A DNA stretch of 32,000 nt from Cupriavidus necator (GCF_016127575.1 NZ_CP066019.1:660001-692000); one strand, 5' to 3'; positions 17,389 to 26,751 are shown, counted from the first letter of the stretch. The notes: generated by a model not told the origin, from the letters alone. Numbers and translations: made by a program.

Positions 17389-17420
17389 GCGCGAGGCCGG
17401 GCAAGTGCCCGGCCTCGCGC
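17389..17420 (-). terminator. GC-rich hairpin (terminator-like) between the ACAD pair and the DUF1329 gene
   Basis: 14-bp perfect stem GCGCGAGGCCGGGC / GCCCGGCCTCGCGC with a 4-nt loop, 32 nt after the ACAD stop. The U-tract is weak (GTTTAAG on the - strand). Confidence 0.45.
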
Positions 17421-17451
17421 GCCAGCATGCGGCCAGCGGCCGCAGCCAGGG

Positions 17452-18579
17452 TCAGGCTTCCATCACTTCGCCGAAGCGCTGCAGGTGGTAGTCGCTGTCG
17501 CCCAGCAACTGGTCCAGCATGGTCAGGCGCTTGAAGTAGTCGCCCACGGACAGCTCATCGGTCATGCCCATGCCGCCATGCAGCTGCACGGCCTGCTGGC
17601 CGACGAAGCGCCCGGCGCGGGCCAGCGTCACCTTGGCCGCGGACAGCATGCGGCGGCGCGCGGCGGGATCGGCCTCGTCCAGCGCCTGGACTGCGACGTA
17701 GGCCATCGACAGTGCCAGCTCCTTCTGCACCAGCATGTCGGCCATGCGGTGCTGCAGTGCCTGGAAGCTGGCCAGCGGCTTGCCGAACTGCTGGCGCGTG
17801 CCCAGGTACTCGGCGGTGATCTCGATCAGCTTTTCCATGGCGCCGGCGCCCTCGGCGCACAGCGCGGCAACGCCGTGCTCAAGGCCCACGCCCAGCGCGG
17901 CCAGGCCGTCGGCGGGCTGGCCCACCAGCGCGTTGGCCGGCACCGTCACGTCCTGCAGCGACAGGTCGGCGGCGCGCAGGCCGTCGACGGTCGGGTAGGC
18001 GGTGACGCCCAGGCCCTTGCTGTCGCGCGGCACCAGGAACAACGCAATCTCATTGCTGCCGGCCACGCGCGCGGTCAGCAGGTAGGCGTCGGCGGCGGCG
18101 CCGTGCCAGACCACGCTCTTGATGCCGTTGAGCACGTAGCCGTCGCCGCTGCGCTCGGCGCTGGCGCGGGCCGATTCCGGGCGGTAGCGGGTGGTCGGCT
18201 CCAGGTAGGCCAGCGTGACGATGCGCTCGCCCGAGGCGATCGCGGGCAGCCATTGTTCCTTCTGCGCGGCGCTGCCGTGGGCGGCCAGGATGGCCGCGGC
18301 CATCACGCCGCTGGGCGTGACCGGCTCCAGCACCAGGCCGCGGCCCAGTTCGCGCTGCACCACCAGCTGGCTGGCGGGGCCTTCGCCGAAGCCGCCGAAG
18401 TCGGCCGGCACGGTCAGGCCCAGCACGCCCATTTCAGCGAGCTTGTTCCACACGCCGCGATCCAGGCTCTCGCCTGCGCGCGCGCTCTTGCGGCGGGCCT
18501 CGAACGTGTATTCGGTATCGATGAAGCGACGCAGGCTGTCCGCCAGCATCTGTTGCTCTTCGCTGTAGGTGAAGTCCAT
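17452..18579 (-). CDS. acyl-CoA dehydrogenase family protein, 'small' partner (375 aa)
   Basis: MDFTYSEEQQMLADSLRRFID start. TRQQFGKPLASFQALQH and VQLHGGMGMTDE. Starts 13 nt after the upstream ACAD. Confidence 0.9.
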   Translation of the reverse strand: MDFTYSEEQQMLADSLRRFIDTEYTFEARRKSARAGESLDRGVWNKLAEMGVLGLTVPADFGGFGEGPASQLVVQRELGRGLVLEPVTPSGVMAAAILAAHGSAAQKEQWLPAIASGERIVTLAYLEPTTRYRPESARASAERSGDGYVLNGIKSVVWHGAAADAYLLTARVAGSNEIALFLVPRDSKGLGVTAYPTVDGLRAADLSLQDVTVPANALVGQPADGLAALGVGLEHGVAALCAEGAGAMEKLIEITAEYLGTRQQFGKPLASFQALQHRMADMLVQKELALSMAYVAVQALDEADPAARRRMLSAAKVTLARAGRFVGQQAVQLHGGMGMTDELSVGDYFKRLTMLDQLLGDSDYHLQRFGEVMEA

Positions 18580-18592
18580 GTCAGCTATCCCT

Positions 18593-19786
18593 TCAGAAAC
18601 CCAGGATCATCTTGGAGATGATGTTCTTCTGCACTTCGGTCGCGCCGCCGTAGATCGAGGTCTTGCGCATGTCGTAGTAGGTGGAGGCGGCAGGGGCGGC
18701 CCAGTCGGGGCCCGCCACCGGCTGCGTCGCGCCCGGCTCAAGCCAGTCCGGCGAATACGGCCAGGCGTTGGGGCCGGCCACTTCCATCATCAGCATGCCC
18801 AGGTCCTGCTGCACCTCGGAGCCGCGGATCTTGACGATCGAGGCCTCGGGGCCGGGGGTGCCGGCGGCCTGCGTGGCGACGCGAAGCAGCAGCATTTCCA
18901 GCGCCATGATGTCCATCTCGACGCGGGCGATCTTGTCGCGCATGCGCACGTCTTCGATCAGCGGGCGGCCGGCGCCGTCGGTGGCCTGGCTGGCGTAGTG
19001 CTTGAGCAGGCGCAGCTCGCGGTGGCAGTGGCCGATGCCGGCAATGCCGGTGCGCTCATGGCCGAGCAGGTACTTGGCATAGGTCCAGGCGCGGTTCTCT
19101 TCGCCGACCAGGTTCCCGACCGGCACTTCCACGTCTTCGAACCAGGTCTCGTTGACGTCATGGCCGCCGTCGAGCGTCTTGATCGGGCGCACCGTCACGC
19201 CGGGCGACTTCATGTCGATCAGCAGCATCGAGATGCCTTCCTGGGCCTTGGCCTCCGGGTCGGTGCGCACCAGGCAGAAGATCCAGTCGGCAAAGTGGGC
19301 CATGGTGGTCCAGGTCTTCTGGCCGTTGACGATGTACTTGTCGCCCTTGCGCACCGCGCGCGTCTTCAGCGAGGCCAGGTCGGAACCCGAGCCCGGCTCG
19401 GAGTAGCCCTGGCACCAGAAGTCGTCGATATTGGGGATGCGCGGCAGGAAGCGCTGCTGCATCTCGGGGCTGGCGTACTTCATCAGCACCGGCCCGATCA
19501 TGGTCAGGCCGAACGGCAGCAGGCGCGGCGCGCCGGCGCGGAAGGTCTCGATCTCGAAGATCAGGCGCTGCAGCGCGGTCCAGCCGGTGCCGCCCCATTG
19601 CCTGGGCCAGGTCGGCGCACCCCAGCCGCGCGCCTGCAGGATGCGGTGCCAGCGGATGTAGTCGTCCTTTTCCACGCGCTGGTGGTTGAGAACCTTGTTG
19701 CGGATGTCTTCCGGCAGGCTGGCCTGCGCGAATGCGCGGACCTCCTCGCGGAAGGCCTGTTCCTCGGCGGTGAAACGCAAATCCAT
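18593..19786 (-). CDS. acyl-CoA dehydrogenase family protein, 'large' partner (397 aa)
   Basis: AGGGGA SD. MDLRFTAEEQAFREEVRAF, FWCQGYSEPGSGSDLASLKT, GQKTWTT and SIYGGATEVQKNIISKMILGF. Confidence 0.92.
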   Translation of the reverse strand: MDLRFTAEEQAFREEVRAFAQASLPEDIRNKVLNHQRVEKDDYIRWHRILQARGWGAPTWPRQWGGTGWTALQRLIFEIETFRAGAPRLLPFGLTMIGPVLMKYASPEMQQRFLPRIPNIDDFWCQGYSEPGSGSDLASLKTRAVRKGDKYIVNGQKTWTTMAHFADWIFCLVRTDPEAKAQEGISMLLIDMKSPGVTVRPIKTLDGGHDVNETWFEDVEVPVGNLVGEENRAWTYAKYLLGHERTGIAGIGHCHRELRLLKHYASQATDGAGRPLIEDVRMRDKIARVEMDIMALEMLLLRVATQAAGTPGPEASIVKIRGSEVQQDLGMLMMEVAGPNAWPYSPDWLEPGATQPVAGPDWAAPAASTYYDMRKTSIYGGATEVQKNIISKMILGF

Positions 19787-20029
19787 CTGAATGTCCCCTG
19801 TGGTACGCGGGCCGCGCGGCGCTTCTTGCCCTGCCTGGTTGTGCAGTGCGTCAAAGCGGCGGCCCTCACTGTGCCGGCCGATTGTAGGGGCCGGGCGCGA
19901 TTCTTTGCTTCATCAATGATAAAGCCGTCCTTCGTGGAGGCGGAACCACCTGCGCCGGGTGGTGGCGGGGCGAACTGCGGCTGGCCAGTGGCGTTGACGA
20001 ACACGGCCTTAGTGAATTCCAAATGGCTG

Positions 20030-20045
20030 CGGCACGGGGCTTGCA
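20030..20045 (+). promoter_or_regulatory. candidate sigma54 (RpoN) -24/-12 promoter
   Basis: cGGCACG-GGGC-TTGCA against consensus TGGCACG-N4-TTGCW. The GG-to-GC spacing is exact. It lies about 85 nt upstream of ATG 20131. Confidence 0.5.
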
Positions 20046-20130
20046 GCAAACTGATGCAGCCAGTTTCATGTGGCCGGGTGTATTCCGCCGCATATCCGAG
20101 TCAGCCTGCATCGAGAGACCCACCAGCACC

Positions 20131-21651
20131 ATGTCTTCCTTCCGCCCCGAATACATCCACGACATCCCCCGCTACTGGGCCGCGCAGACGCCCGACGCGC
20201 CGTGCCTGCACGAGAACGGCGCCGTCATCAGCTACGGCGAGCTGTGGCGGCGCATCGAGGCCGCCCGCGACTGGCTGGCGGCGCGGGGCGTGGGCGAGGG
20301 CGACCGCGTGATGGTGGTCGGCGAGAACTGCAACGAGATGGTGGTCACGCTGTTCGCCAGCAGCCTGCTGCATGCCTGGCCGATCCAGGTCAATGCGCGC
20401 CTGTCCGCGCGCGAGATCGACAATATCCGCGATCATGCGCAGCCGGCGCTGGTGCTGTTCACCGGCCATGTCTCCGACGTGGCCGCGGCGCACGGCGAGC
20501 GGCTGGGCGCACAGGCCACCGGCTGCCCGGTGTTCGACGCTGGCATGCGGGTGGTGCGCGCGGCCACCGCGCCGCAGCGCGAGCCGGCCGGGCTGGCCCG
20601 CAGCGTCGCCACGCTGATCTATACCTCCGGCACCACCGGCGCGCCCAAGGGCGTGATGGTGCCGCATGCGGGCCTGACCCAGTTTGCGCGCATCTCTGCC
20701 ACCTCGCGCGACATGGGCCCGGCCGACGTGGCCTACGGCGCCTTGCCGATGTCGCATATCTTCGGCATTGCCACGGTGCTGATGGCCACGCTGTATGCGG
20801 GCGCCAGCCTGTTCCTGCGCCCGCGCTTCGACGCCAATGAAGTGTTCGAGTCGCTGGCATCGCCCGGCGTCACCATCCTGCAGGGCGTGCCGACCATGTT
20901 CACGCGCATCATGGCGGTGGCGCCCACCGTCGGCGCGAAGCCCGGCGCCTATCCGCGCCTGCGCTACCTCTATACCGGCGGCGCGCCGCTGGACCCCACG
21001 CTCAAGCGCGAGGTCGAAACCCTGTTCGGCCAGGCGCTGCACCATGGCTACGGCATCACCGAATACGCCGGCTCGCTCTTCATCACGCGCATGGAAGCCC
21101 CGCGCGCCGACTGCTCGGCCGGCTATATCGTCGAAGGCGTCGAGATCGAGATCACCGATGCCGAAGGCAAGCTGCTTCCCGCCGGCGAGCGCGGCCAGAT
21201 CCGCGTGCGCGGCCCGGGCGTGATGCTGGGCTACTACCGCAACCCCGAGCAGACCGCCGAGGCGCTGCTGCCCGGCGGCTGGCTCAATACCGGCGACCTG
21301 GGCTACCTGGATGCCGACGGCGCGCTGTTTATCTCCGGCCGCTCCAAGGACCTGATCATCCGCTCCGGCTTCAACGTCTACCCGATCGAGGTCGAGTCTG
21401 TGATCAATGCCTTCCCGGGCGTGCGCCAGTCGGCCGTGGTCGGACGCACCACCGGCGACGGCAACGAGGAAGTGGTGGCCTTCATTGAAATGCAGGACGG
21501 CGCCGAGCTTGACCGCAAGGCGCTGGACACCTACCTGCGCGAGAGCCTGGCCCCGTACAAGCGCCCGGCCGAGGTCCGCACCGTCGACGTGATTCCGACC
21601 ACGGCGAGCGGCAAGCTGCTCAAGCAGCCGCTGCGCGCCATGCTCGATTAA
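20131..21651 (+). CDS. AMP-dependent acyl-CoA synthetase/ligase, 506 aa
   Basis: AMP-binding motif [48 protein letters not shown], and the C-terminal [10 protein letters not shown]. Confidence 0.9.
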   Translation: MSSFRPEYIHDIPRYWAAQTPDAPCLHENGAVISYGELWRRIEAARDWLAARGVGEGDRVMVVGENCNEMVVTLFASSLLHAWPIQVNARLSAREIDNIRDHAQPALVLFTGHVSDVAAAHGERLGAQATGCPVFDAGMRVVRAATAPQREPAGLARSVATLIYTSGTTGAPKGVMVPHAGLTQFARISATSRDMGPADVAYGALPMSHIFGIATVLMATLYAGASLFLRPRFDANEVFESLASPGVTILQGVPTMFTRIMAVAPTVGAKPGAYPRLRYLYTGGAPLDPTLKREVETLFGQALHHGYGITEYAGSLFITRMEAPRADCSAGYIVEGVEIEITDAEGKLLPAGERGQIRVRGPGVMLGYYRNPEQTAEALLPGGWLNTGDLGYLDADGALFISGRSKDLIIRSGFNVYPIEVESVINAFPGVRQSAVVGRTTGDGNEEVVAFIEMQDGAELDRKALDTYLRESLAPYKRPAEVRTVDVIPTTASGKLLKQPLRAMLD

Positions 21652-21708
21652 GCGCCCGCCGGGCCCGCCGGCCCCGGGCAATATCAGCCATACCTGGAGG
21701 AGACAATA

Positions 21709-22680
21709 ATGAAGACACGGACGACACTGGCAGCCCTGACCGCCACGCTGCTGCTGCAGGGCGCGGCGTGGGCCGCCGACGCCTACCCGTCGCGGCCGAT
21801 CAAGCTGCTGGTGGGTTACGCGCCCGGCGGCCCGGTCGACACAGCCGCGCGCATCTATGCCGAGCAACTCGGGCGCGTGCTCAAGCAGCCGGTGGTGGTG
21901 GATAACCGCGCGGGCGCCAGCGGCGCGATCGCCGCCGACATGACCGCCAAGGCGGCGCCGGACGGCTACACGCTGTATTTCGTCGCCAGCCCGACCATGA
22001 CCATGACGCCGCTGATCCAGCACTCGGTCAATTTCAATCCGGTCAAGGACTTTACCTACATCGGCCTGATCACCGATTACACCAACGTGCTGCTGGTGAA
22101 CAAGGACTTCCCGGCGAAGAACGTGGGCGAGCTGGTCGACTATGCGCGCAAGCATCCTGAGGGGGTCTCGTTCGGCTCGGCCGGCATTGGGGCATCGAAC
22201 CACCTGTCCGCGGAATTGCTGGCTCAAATGAACAGCGTGAAGATGCTGCATGTGCCGTACAAGGGCAATGCGCCGGCCATGGCTGACGTGATGAGCGGCA
22301 AGGTCACGTTCATGTTCGATATTACCGGCACGGCCATCGGGCATATCAATGGCGGCAAGGTGCGGGCGCTGGCGGTCACGTCGAAGACTCGCAACCCGGC
22401 GCTGCCGAACGTGCCGACCATGATCGAGTCGGGGCAGAAGGACTATGACCTGACCGGCTGGTATGCGCTGGTGGGGCCGCAGAAGCTGCCGGCCGATGTG
22501 GTGGACAAGCTGGTCAAGGCGCAGAAGGCGGTTGGGGAGGATGCTGCTTTCCGGCAACGGATGACGGCTGGGGGGTATGACGTGAATATCAGCACGCCGA
22601 AGGCGCTGGGAGATCGGATTCAGCGGGAGCTGGCGCTTTGGGGTGGGGTGGTGAAGGCGGCGAAGATTCAGGCGGATTGA
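21709..22680 (+). CDS. Bug-family (TctC-like) tripartite tricarboxylate transporter substrate-binding protein, 323 aa
   Basis: GGAGGAG SD. Signal peptide, then the hallmark AYPSRPIKLLVGYAPGGPVDTAARIYAEQL...VVDNRAGASG. Confidence 0.93.
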   Translation: MKTRTTLAALTATLLLQGAAWAADAYPSRPIKLLVGYAPGGPVDTAARIYAEQLGRVLKQPVVVDNRAGASGAIAADMTAKAAPDGYTLYFVASPTMTMTPLIQHSVNFNPVKDFTYIGLITDYTNVLLVNKDFPAKNVGELVDYARKHPEGVSFGSAGIGASNHLSAELLAQMNSVKMLHVPYKGNAPAMADVMSGKVTFMFDITGTAIGHINGGKVRALAVTSKTRNPALPNVPTMIESGQKDYDLTGWYALVGPQKLPADVVDKLVKAQKAVGEDAAFRQRMTAGGYDVNISTPKALGDRIQRELALWGGVVKAAKIQAD

Positions 22681-22734
22681 GGGGGGAGGGGCTTGGGGGC
22701 TGGTTCGATGTTGTTGTAGGTCGACGGCCCTGTT

Positions 22735-22799
22735 CCGCCCTGCTGGGCGGGTCACTTTCTGTCCGAGCGACAGAAAGCGACTCGCCCCTTTAGGGGCGA
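22735..22799. repeat. REP-like block of three consecutive hairpins downstream of the Bug gene
   Basis: CCGCCC-tgct-GGGCGG; GTCACTTTCTGTC-cgagc-GACAGAAAGCGAC (13 bp, one mismatch); TCGCCCC-ttta-GGGGCGA. Confidence 0.5.
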
Positions 22800-22961
22800 A
22801 ACCGGGGCCTCTCCAAGAGCCACCACCACAAATCTGCCGAAATACCTTCTTGAATGCCATCAAGGCATCGCCTGTGAGCCGTGATGCGTGCCTTCGCCAA
22901 GGCGTGGAGTTCTCCGCTCTGTGGATGTCGGCAACTGACGCTCAACTTAGCGTATCGATCC

Positions 22962-23006
22962 TTCACAATCTGCGCCTTGATTGTGAACGGCAGGGTTCTC
23001 TAGACT
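22962..23006 (+). promoter_or_regulatory. perfect 9-bp inverted repeat overlapping a weak sigma70-like promoter candidate
   Basis: TTCACAATC-N8-GATTGTGAA (22962-22987). TTGATT (22977-22982)-N18-TAGACT (23001-23006), about 80 nt upstream of ORF 23088. Confidence 0.3.
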
Positions 23007-23087
23007 GGATGGGCTGCTAATACAGCAGGAGCCGGGAGTGAGAACCCGATCAACGTTACCTCCTCTTCTACGCTATGGAGGTCAGCA

Positions 23088-23396
23088 ATGTCCCAATCCG
23101 GCATTGAACCCGACGCCTTCACCCCGCCCCGACTCGATGATTCCCTTTCGCGGTTCAGTCCCGAAACCCGCCGCGCAGCGCGTGAGGACGCGCTGCCTGT
23201 TCCTCGGCAACTCTTGCTATTGAATCTCTTGGATCAAGCCGATGCGGTTGCGCGAGGCACGGCCTGCGTACTGACGTTGGTTACGCACAGCGAATGTGAC
23301 GCACAGGAAGAGGGGAGCGTAGCCTTGCAGCCGGTTACGTTGGAGCCTTGCGAGCGCTCTGCCGGGCCTCCCTTGGATTGCTGGCCGACAGGGTAG
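23088..23396 (+). CDS. hypothetical protein, 102 aa, in the lower-GC spacer
   Basis: GGAGG SD 6 nt before ATG 23088. Codon third positions are much less GC-biased than in neighbouring genes. No family recognised. Confidence 0.35.
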   Translation: MSQSGIEPDAFTPPRLDDSLSRFSPETRRAAREDALPVPRQLLLLNLLDQADAVARGTACVLTLVTHSECDAQEEGSVALQPVTLEPCERSAGPPLDCWPTG

Positions 23397-23527
23397 AAGA
23401 AGTCGCGGAGGGAATTGAGGAGGCGATGGTCGGGTAACCAATCGCGGTCGGTCGCTGATTCACTGAGATGGCAGGTCCCGCTGGTGTCAATTGTGGGCAC
23501 CGCAGGACTTGACCGACCGTTTGTGTG

Positions 23528-23555
23528 CCCCCTCTCCCGCAAGCGGGAGAGGGGA
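23528..23555. repeat. REP-like / terminator-like palindrome downstream of the hydratase gene
   Basis: CCCCTCTCCCGC-aa-GCGGGAGAGGGG (12-bp arms). No U-tract on either strand. Confidence 0.5.
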
Positions 23556-23588
23556 GCAAACCAGCGGAGCAGATAAGGCTTCAGGCTC

Positions 23589-24455
23589 TTAACCTTCCAC
23601 TTCCGCCCACCCCTGCATCGCCTGCCCGCCGGCATCGTCCCCCGTCCACAGCACCAGCCGCCCAGCCTGCGCCGGATCAGCCGCGCCGCCAACGATGATG
23701 GTGTCCTGGTCGAACAGCGGCGCCAGGCCGCGGAAGCCAAAGCGGCGCACGCGCGCCTGCGGTTGCTCGCGCGCCACCAGGTCCAGCATCAGCATGGCCT
23801 GCATCGGCCCGTGCACCACCAGGCCGGGGTAGCCCTCGACCTCGCGCGTGTACTGGCGGTCATAGTGGATGCGGTGGCCGTTGAAGGTCAGTGCCGAGTA
23901 GCGGAACAGCATCACCGGATCTGCCTGCAGCGTGCGCTGCCACTGCGCGGCCTGCTCCAGGCGCGGGCGCGGCGGCTGCGGCCTGGACGGGTCGGGCATG
24001 GCGCGGTAGACGATATCGTGGCGCTCGTTGACCGCGGTCTTGCCGTTGACGGTCAGCTCGTGATCGACGGCGACAAACCACAGTTCACCGGTGCGCCCGG
24101 TCTTGTACTGCACGTCCTTGATGGTGGAGGTGCGCGTGACGGTATCGCCGATATGCAGTGGATGGCTGAAGCTCAGTTCGCTGCCGGCCCACATGCGGCG
24201 CGGCAGCGGCACCGGCGGCATGAAGCCGCCGAGGGTGGGATGGCCGTCGCGTCCCAGTTCACGCTGCGGCGCGCGCGGCAGGAAGTAGAGCCAGTGCCAC
24301 AGCGGCGGCAGCGGGCCGGCGGCGACGGCCTCGGGGTCGAGGTCGAAGGTGGCGGCGAGGCCGATCACCGGTTCCGGCGACAGCGTTTCGGTGCGCGATT
24401 CGCTGCGGCCGATCCAGCCGCGCAGGCGTTCGAGTTCAGGAGTGGCGTCAGTCAT
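23589..24455 (-). CDS. double hot-dog (FAS1-like N-terminal + MaoC) acyl-CoA hydratase, itaconyl-CoA/mesaconyl-CoA hydratase-like, 288 aa
   Basis: Size and motifs fit (LPPLWHWLYF..., FRYSALTFNGHRIHYD, GLVVHGPMQAMLM). Last gene of the CoA-transferase / lyase / PrpD / ACAD operon. Confidence 0.82.
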   Translation of the reverse strand: MTDATPELERLRGWIGRSESRTETLSPEPVIGLAATFDLDPEAVAAGPLPPLWHWLYFLPRAPQRELGRDGHPTLGGFMPPVPLPRRMWAGSELSFSHPLHIGDTVTRTSTIKDVQYKTGRTGELWFVAVDHELTVNGKTAVNERHDIVYRAMPDPSRPQPPRPRLEQAAQWQRTLQADPVMLFRYSALTFNGHRIHYDRQYTREVEGYPGLVVHGPMQAMLMLDLVAREQPQARVRRFGFRGLAPLFDQDTIIVGGAADPAQAGRLVLWTGDDAGGQAMQGWAEVEG

Positions 24456-24497
24456 GACAGTAAGCCTTGTAATGCGTGAAAGTGGCCGGAAGGCGGG

Positions 24498-25322
24498 TTA
24501 TTGCGCCAGTGCCAGCAGCCGGCGGGCCTGCTCGATCACGGGCCGGTCCACCATCTTGCCATCGACCTGCACCGCATGGCTGCCGCTGGCGGTAGCTTCC
24601 AGCACACGGCGGGCCCAGTCGAGCTGCTCGGGGCTGGGCAGGAAGCCTGCGCGCGCCGCGCCCAGCTGGGCCGGGTGGATGCAGAGCTTGCCGGCAAAGC
24701 CGAGTTCGCGCGCATAGGCAACGTCGCTGGCCAGCACGGCTTCGTCTTTCAGTGCGGTGGTCACGCCGTCGACCGGCGGCGGCAGCCCGGCCACGCGTGA
24801 GGCCAGCACGATGCGCGCGCGTGCAAAGGCGAGCGCGTCGCGCGTATGGCTGCAGCCCAGGTCGACCGCATAGTCGAGCGAGCCGAAGGCAAGACGTGCC
24901 ACGCCGGTGGCGGTGGCCACGGCGTCGATCTGATGCAGGCCCAGCGCGGTTTCGATGATCGCGACCAGTTCGCCCTGCGGGTTGATCGAGTGCAGGGCCT
25001 GCGCGATGGTGGCCAGCGCGGCGGCATCTTCTGCCTTGGGCACCAGCAGGCCTGCCAGCGCGGTACCCGGGGGCAGCGCGCGCAGCCAGGCCAGGTCGGC
25101 GGCAAAGGACGGCGAGGCGCTGTCGTTGATGCGGACAAAGGCATTGGCCGCGGGCAGTCCGGCCAGCCACGCGGCGATGGCTGCGCGCGCGGCGGGCTTG
25201 GCGTCCGGATGGACCGCGTCCTCGAGGTCCAGGATCATCACATCGGGGCCGGCGGCAGCGGCCTTGTCGAAGCGTTCCGGCCGGTCGCCCGGCACGAACA
25301 GGTAGGTGACTGCAGTGGACAT
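24498..25322 (-). CDS. HpcH/HpaI-CitE family CoA-ester lyase (citramalyl-/malyl-CoA lyase-like), 274 aa
   Basis: GAGGA SD. MSTAVTYLFVPGDRPERFDKAAAAGPDVMILDLEDAV, ETALG and the GF.GKLCIHPAQ region. Confidence 0.9.
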   Translation of the reverse strand: MSTAVTYLFVPGDRPERFDKAAAAGPDVMILDLEDAVHPDAKPAARAAIAAWLAGLPAANAFVRINDSASPSFAADLAWLRALPPGTALAGLLVPKAEDAAALATIAQALHSINPQGELVAIIETALGLHQIDAVATATGVARLAFGSLDYAVDLGCSHTRDALAFARARIVLASRVAGLPPPVDGVTTALKDEAVLASDVAYARELGFAGKLCIHPAQLGAARAGFLPSPEQLDWARRVLEATASGSHAVQVDGKMVDRPVIEQARRLLALAQ

Positions 25323-25332
25323 GTCTTGGTCC

Positions 25333-26715
25333 TCAGCCTGCGGCGGGCAGCCAGTCGTTGACGTTCGGGGCCTGCTCCAGCGCCCACACGCGCTGGATGA
25401 TGGCGCGCATCTCGGCCTCGCTCGCGCCGTGGCGGAACGCGCCCAGCTGCAGCGCCTTCGCTTCCAGTTCCGGGCGCGACAGCGTGTTGTCGGGATCGCC
25501 CTTGGGCACGTCGACGCGCGCCGCCAGTGTGCGGCCGTCGGTGGTCGTGACGGTAACGCGGCCGATCCACTGGCGCGGGTAGGCGGCGTTGATCTCGGCA
25601 TCCAGTTCCATGCCGACCTTGCCGCGGAAGGCGGTCACCTTCGGGTCCTGCAGCGCATGCTGCTCGAACTCGCCCAGACCCGCATGGCCGTGCACGGCCA
25701 CCAGCCCCAGCACCGTGCCCATCGAGAACTTGGCCTGGTGGATGGTGGTGGGGTTGACCACCGGGCCGAGCACGTCGATGGCGCCCTGGTGCACGTGCGT
25801 GGTGACGCTGGCGACCTGGTCGGCGCCGATGCCTTCGCGCTGCATCAGCGCCTTGAGCGCATCGGCGGCCGGGTGCGTGTGGCGGCATGAGGCGAAGAAC
25901 TTGAACGAGGTCTCGGCGGTGGCCCAGCGCGTGCCCAGGCCGTCGGTCAGGCAGGCGGGGTTGGCATCGCTGGACATGCCGGCGGCCATGCCCTGCGCGC
26001 CTTCCAGGATCTGCTTCGCGCCGGTGAAGCCGGCGCGCGCGAGCCAGGCTGACTGCAGGCCATCGGCCGCGGCCTTGGCGGTATGCAGCTGCTTGGAGTC
26101 GGCGGCGTCGCGCAGGAATTCCCACAGGCCCGCGGCCTGCGTGCCGGCCGAGCCCAGTGCCTGGTTGATGCCTTCGGCATCGAGGCCGTAGAGCTTGGCC
26201 ACGGCCGCGGCGGCGGCCAGCGTGCCCACCGTGCCGGTGGTGTGGAACACGCGGTAGTGCGAACGGCCCATGAATTCGCCGATGCGGATGCCGGCCTCAT
26301 AGCCGGCGATCGAGGCCAGCAGCACTTCGGCGCCGGTCTTGCCCTCGGTCTGCGCGGCTGCCACCACGGCAGGGAACACCACCGCGGCCGGGTGCAGCAC
26401 CGAGCCGTTGTGCACGTCGTCCTGCTCGACCACGTGCGAGGAGGCGCCGTTGATCAGCGCGGCAAAGTAGGGCGAGGTGCGGCGGCGGTCCACCAGCACT
26501 TCGGCGCCGCCTTGGTCCGGGCCCATGGCCGCGGCGAACTCCTGCAGCTTGCGCACGGCGGGGGCATCCTTGCCGGCGATGGCCGAGGCGATCCAGTCCA
26601 GGAACAGGTCCTTGGTGCGCTCGATCACGGGCGCGGGCACGTCGGCCAGCTTGAGGTCGGCCAGGAAGTCGCAAAGCTGGCGGGTGGGGTAGGTGGTGTC
26701 TGCGGGTTGGCTCAT
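25333..26715 (-). CDS. MmgE/PrpD family protein, 460 aa
   Basis: GGAG SD. DFLADLKLADVPAPVIERTKDLFLDWIASAIAG, SHVVEQDDVH and FHTTGTVGTLAAAAA are typical of the 2-methylcitrate dehydratase superfamily. Confidence 0.92.
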   Translation of the reverse strand: MSQPADTTYPTRQLCDFLADLKLADVPAPVIERTKDLFLDWIASAIAGKDAPAVRKLQEFAAAMGPDQGGAEVLVDRRRTSPYFAALINGASSHVVEQDDVHNGSVLHPAAVVFPAVVAAAQTEGKTGAEVLLASIAGYEAGIRIGEFMGRSHYRVFHTTGTVGTLAAAAAVAKLYGLDAEGINQALGSAGTQAAGLWEFLRDAADSKQLHTAKAAADGLQSAWLARAGFTGAKQILEGAQGMAAGMSSDANPACLTDGLGTRWATAETSFKFFASCRHTHPAADALKALMQREGIGADQVASVTTHVHQGAIDVLGPVVNPTTIHQAKFSMGTVLGLVAVHGHAGLGEFEQHALQDPKVTAFRGKVGMELDAEINAAYPRQWIGRVTVTTTDGRTLAARVDVPKGDPDNTLSRPELEAKALQLGAFRHGASEAEMRAIIQRVWALEQAPNVNDWLPAAG

Positions 26716-26751
26716 GCAGGCTCCGATGCGGATTGGGTTTCGTGGAGGAGG

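Noticed and set aside
20023-20130. The longer start (ATG 20023, or ATG 20068) for the acyl-CoA synthetase ORF.
   Set aside because: The N-terminal extension (MAAARGLQQTDAASFMWPGVFRRISESACIERPTST) has no ligase-like sequence. The near-consensus sigma54 -24/-12 element sits inside it. [17 protein letters not shown] at 20131 is a typical ligase N-terminus.
23038-23441. Other small ORFs in the spacer: 23038-23223 (+, GTG start), 23217-23441 (-), 23335-23559 (-) and 23234-23740 (-).
   Set aside because: They have no SD sequence and overlap, or run antisense to, the better-supported 23088-23396 ORF or the hydratase gene. Their translations are low-complexity and Pro/Arg-rich.
23528-23555. The CCCCTCTCCCGC/GCGGGAGAGGGG palindrome as a canonical Rho-independent terminator for the hydratase gene.
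   Set aside because: There is no U-tract on either strand and the apparent loop is only 2 nt. It resembles the GC-rich REP-type palindromes common in Burkholderiales, so it is listed as a repeat or terminator-like element only.
22681-23588. An insertion sequence, prophage remnant or integrative-element end in the lower-GC spacer.
   Set aside because: No transposase, integrase or recombinase-like ORF appears in any frame. I could find no terminal inverted repeats or flanking direct repeats, and there is no tRNA or tmRNA target. Only compositional deviation and hairpins are present, so it is reported as an anomaly, not as a mobile element.
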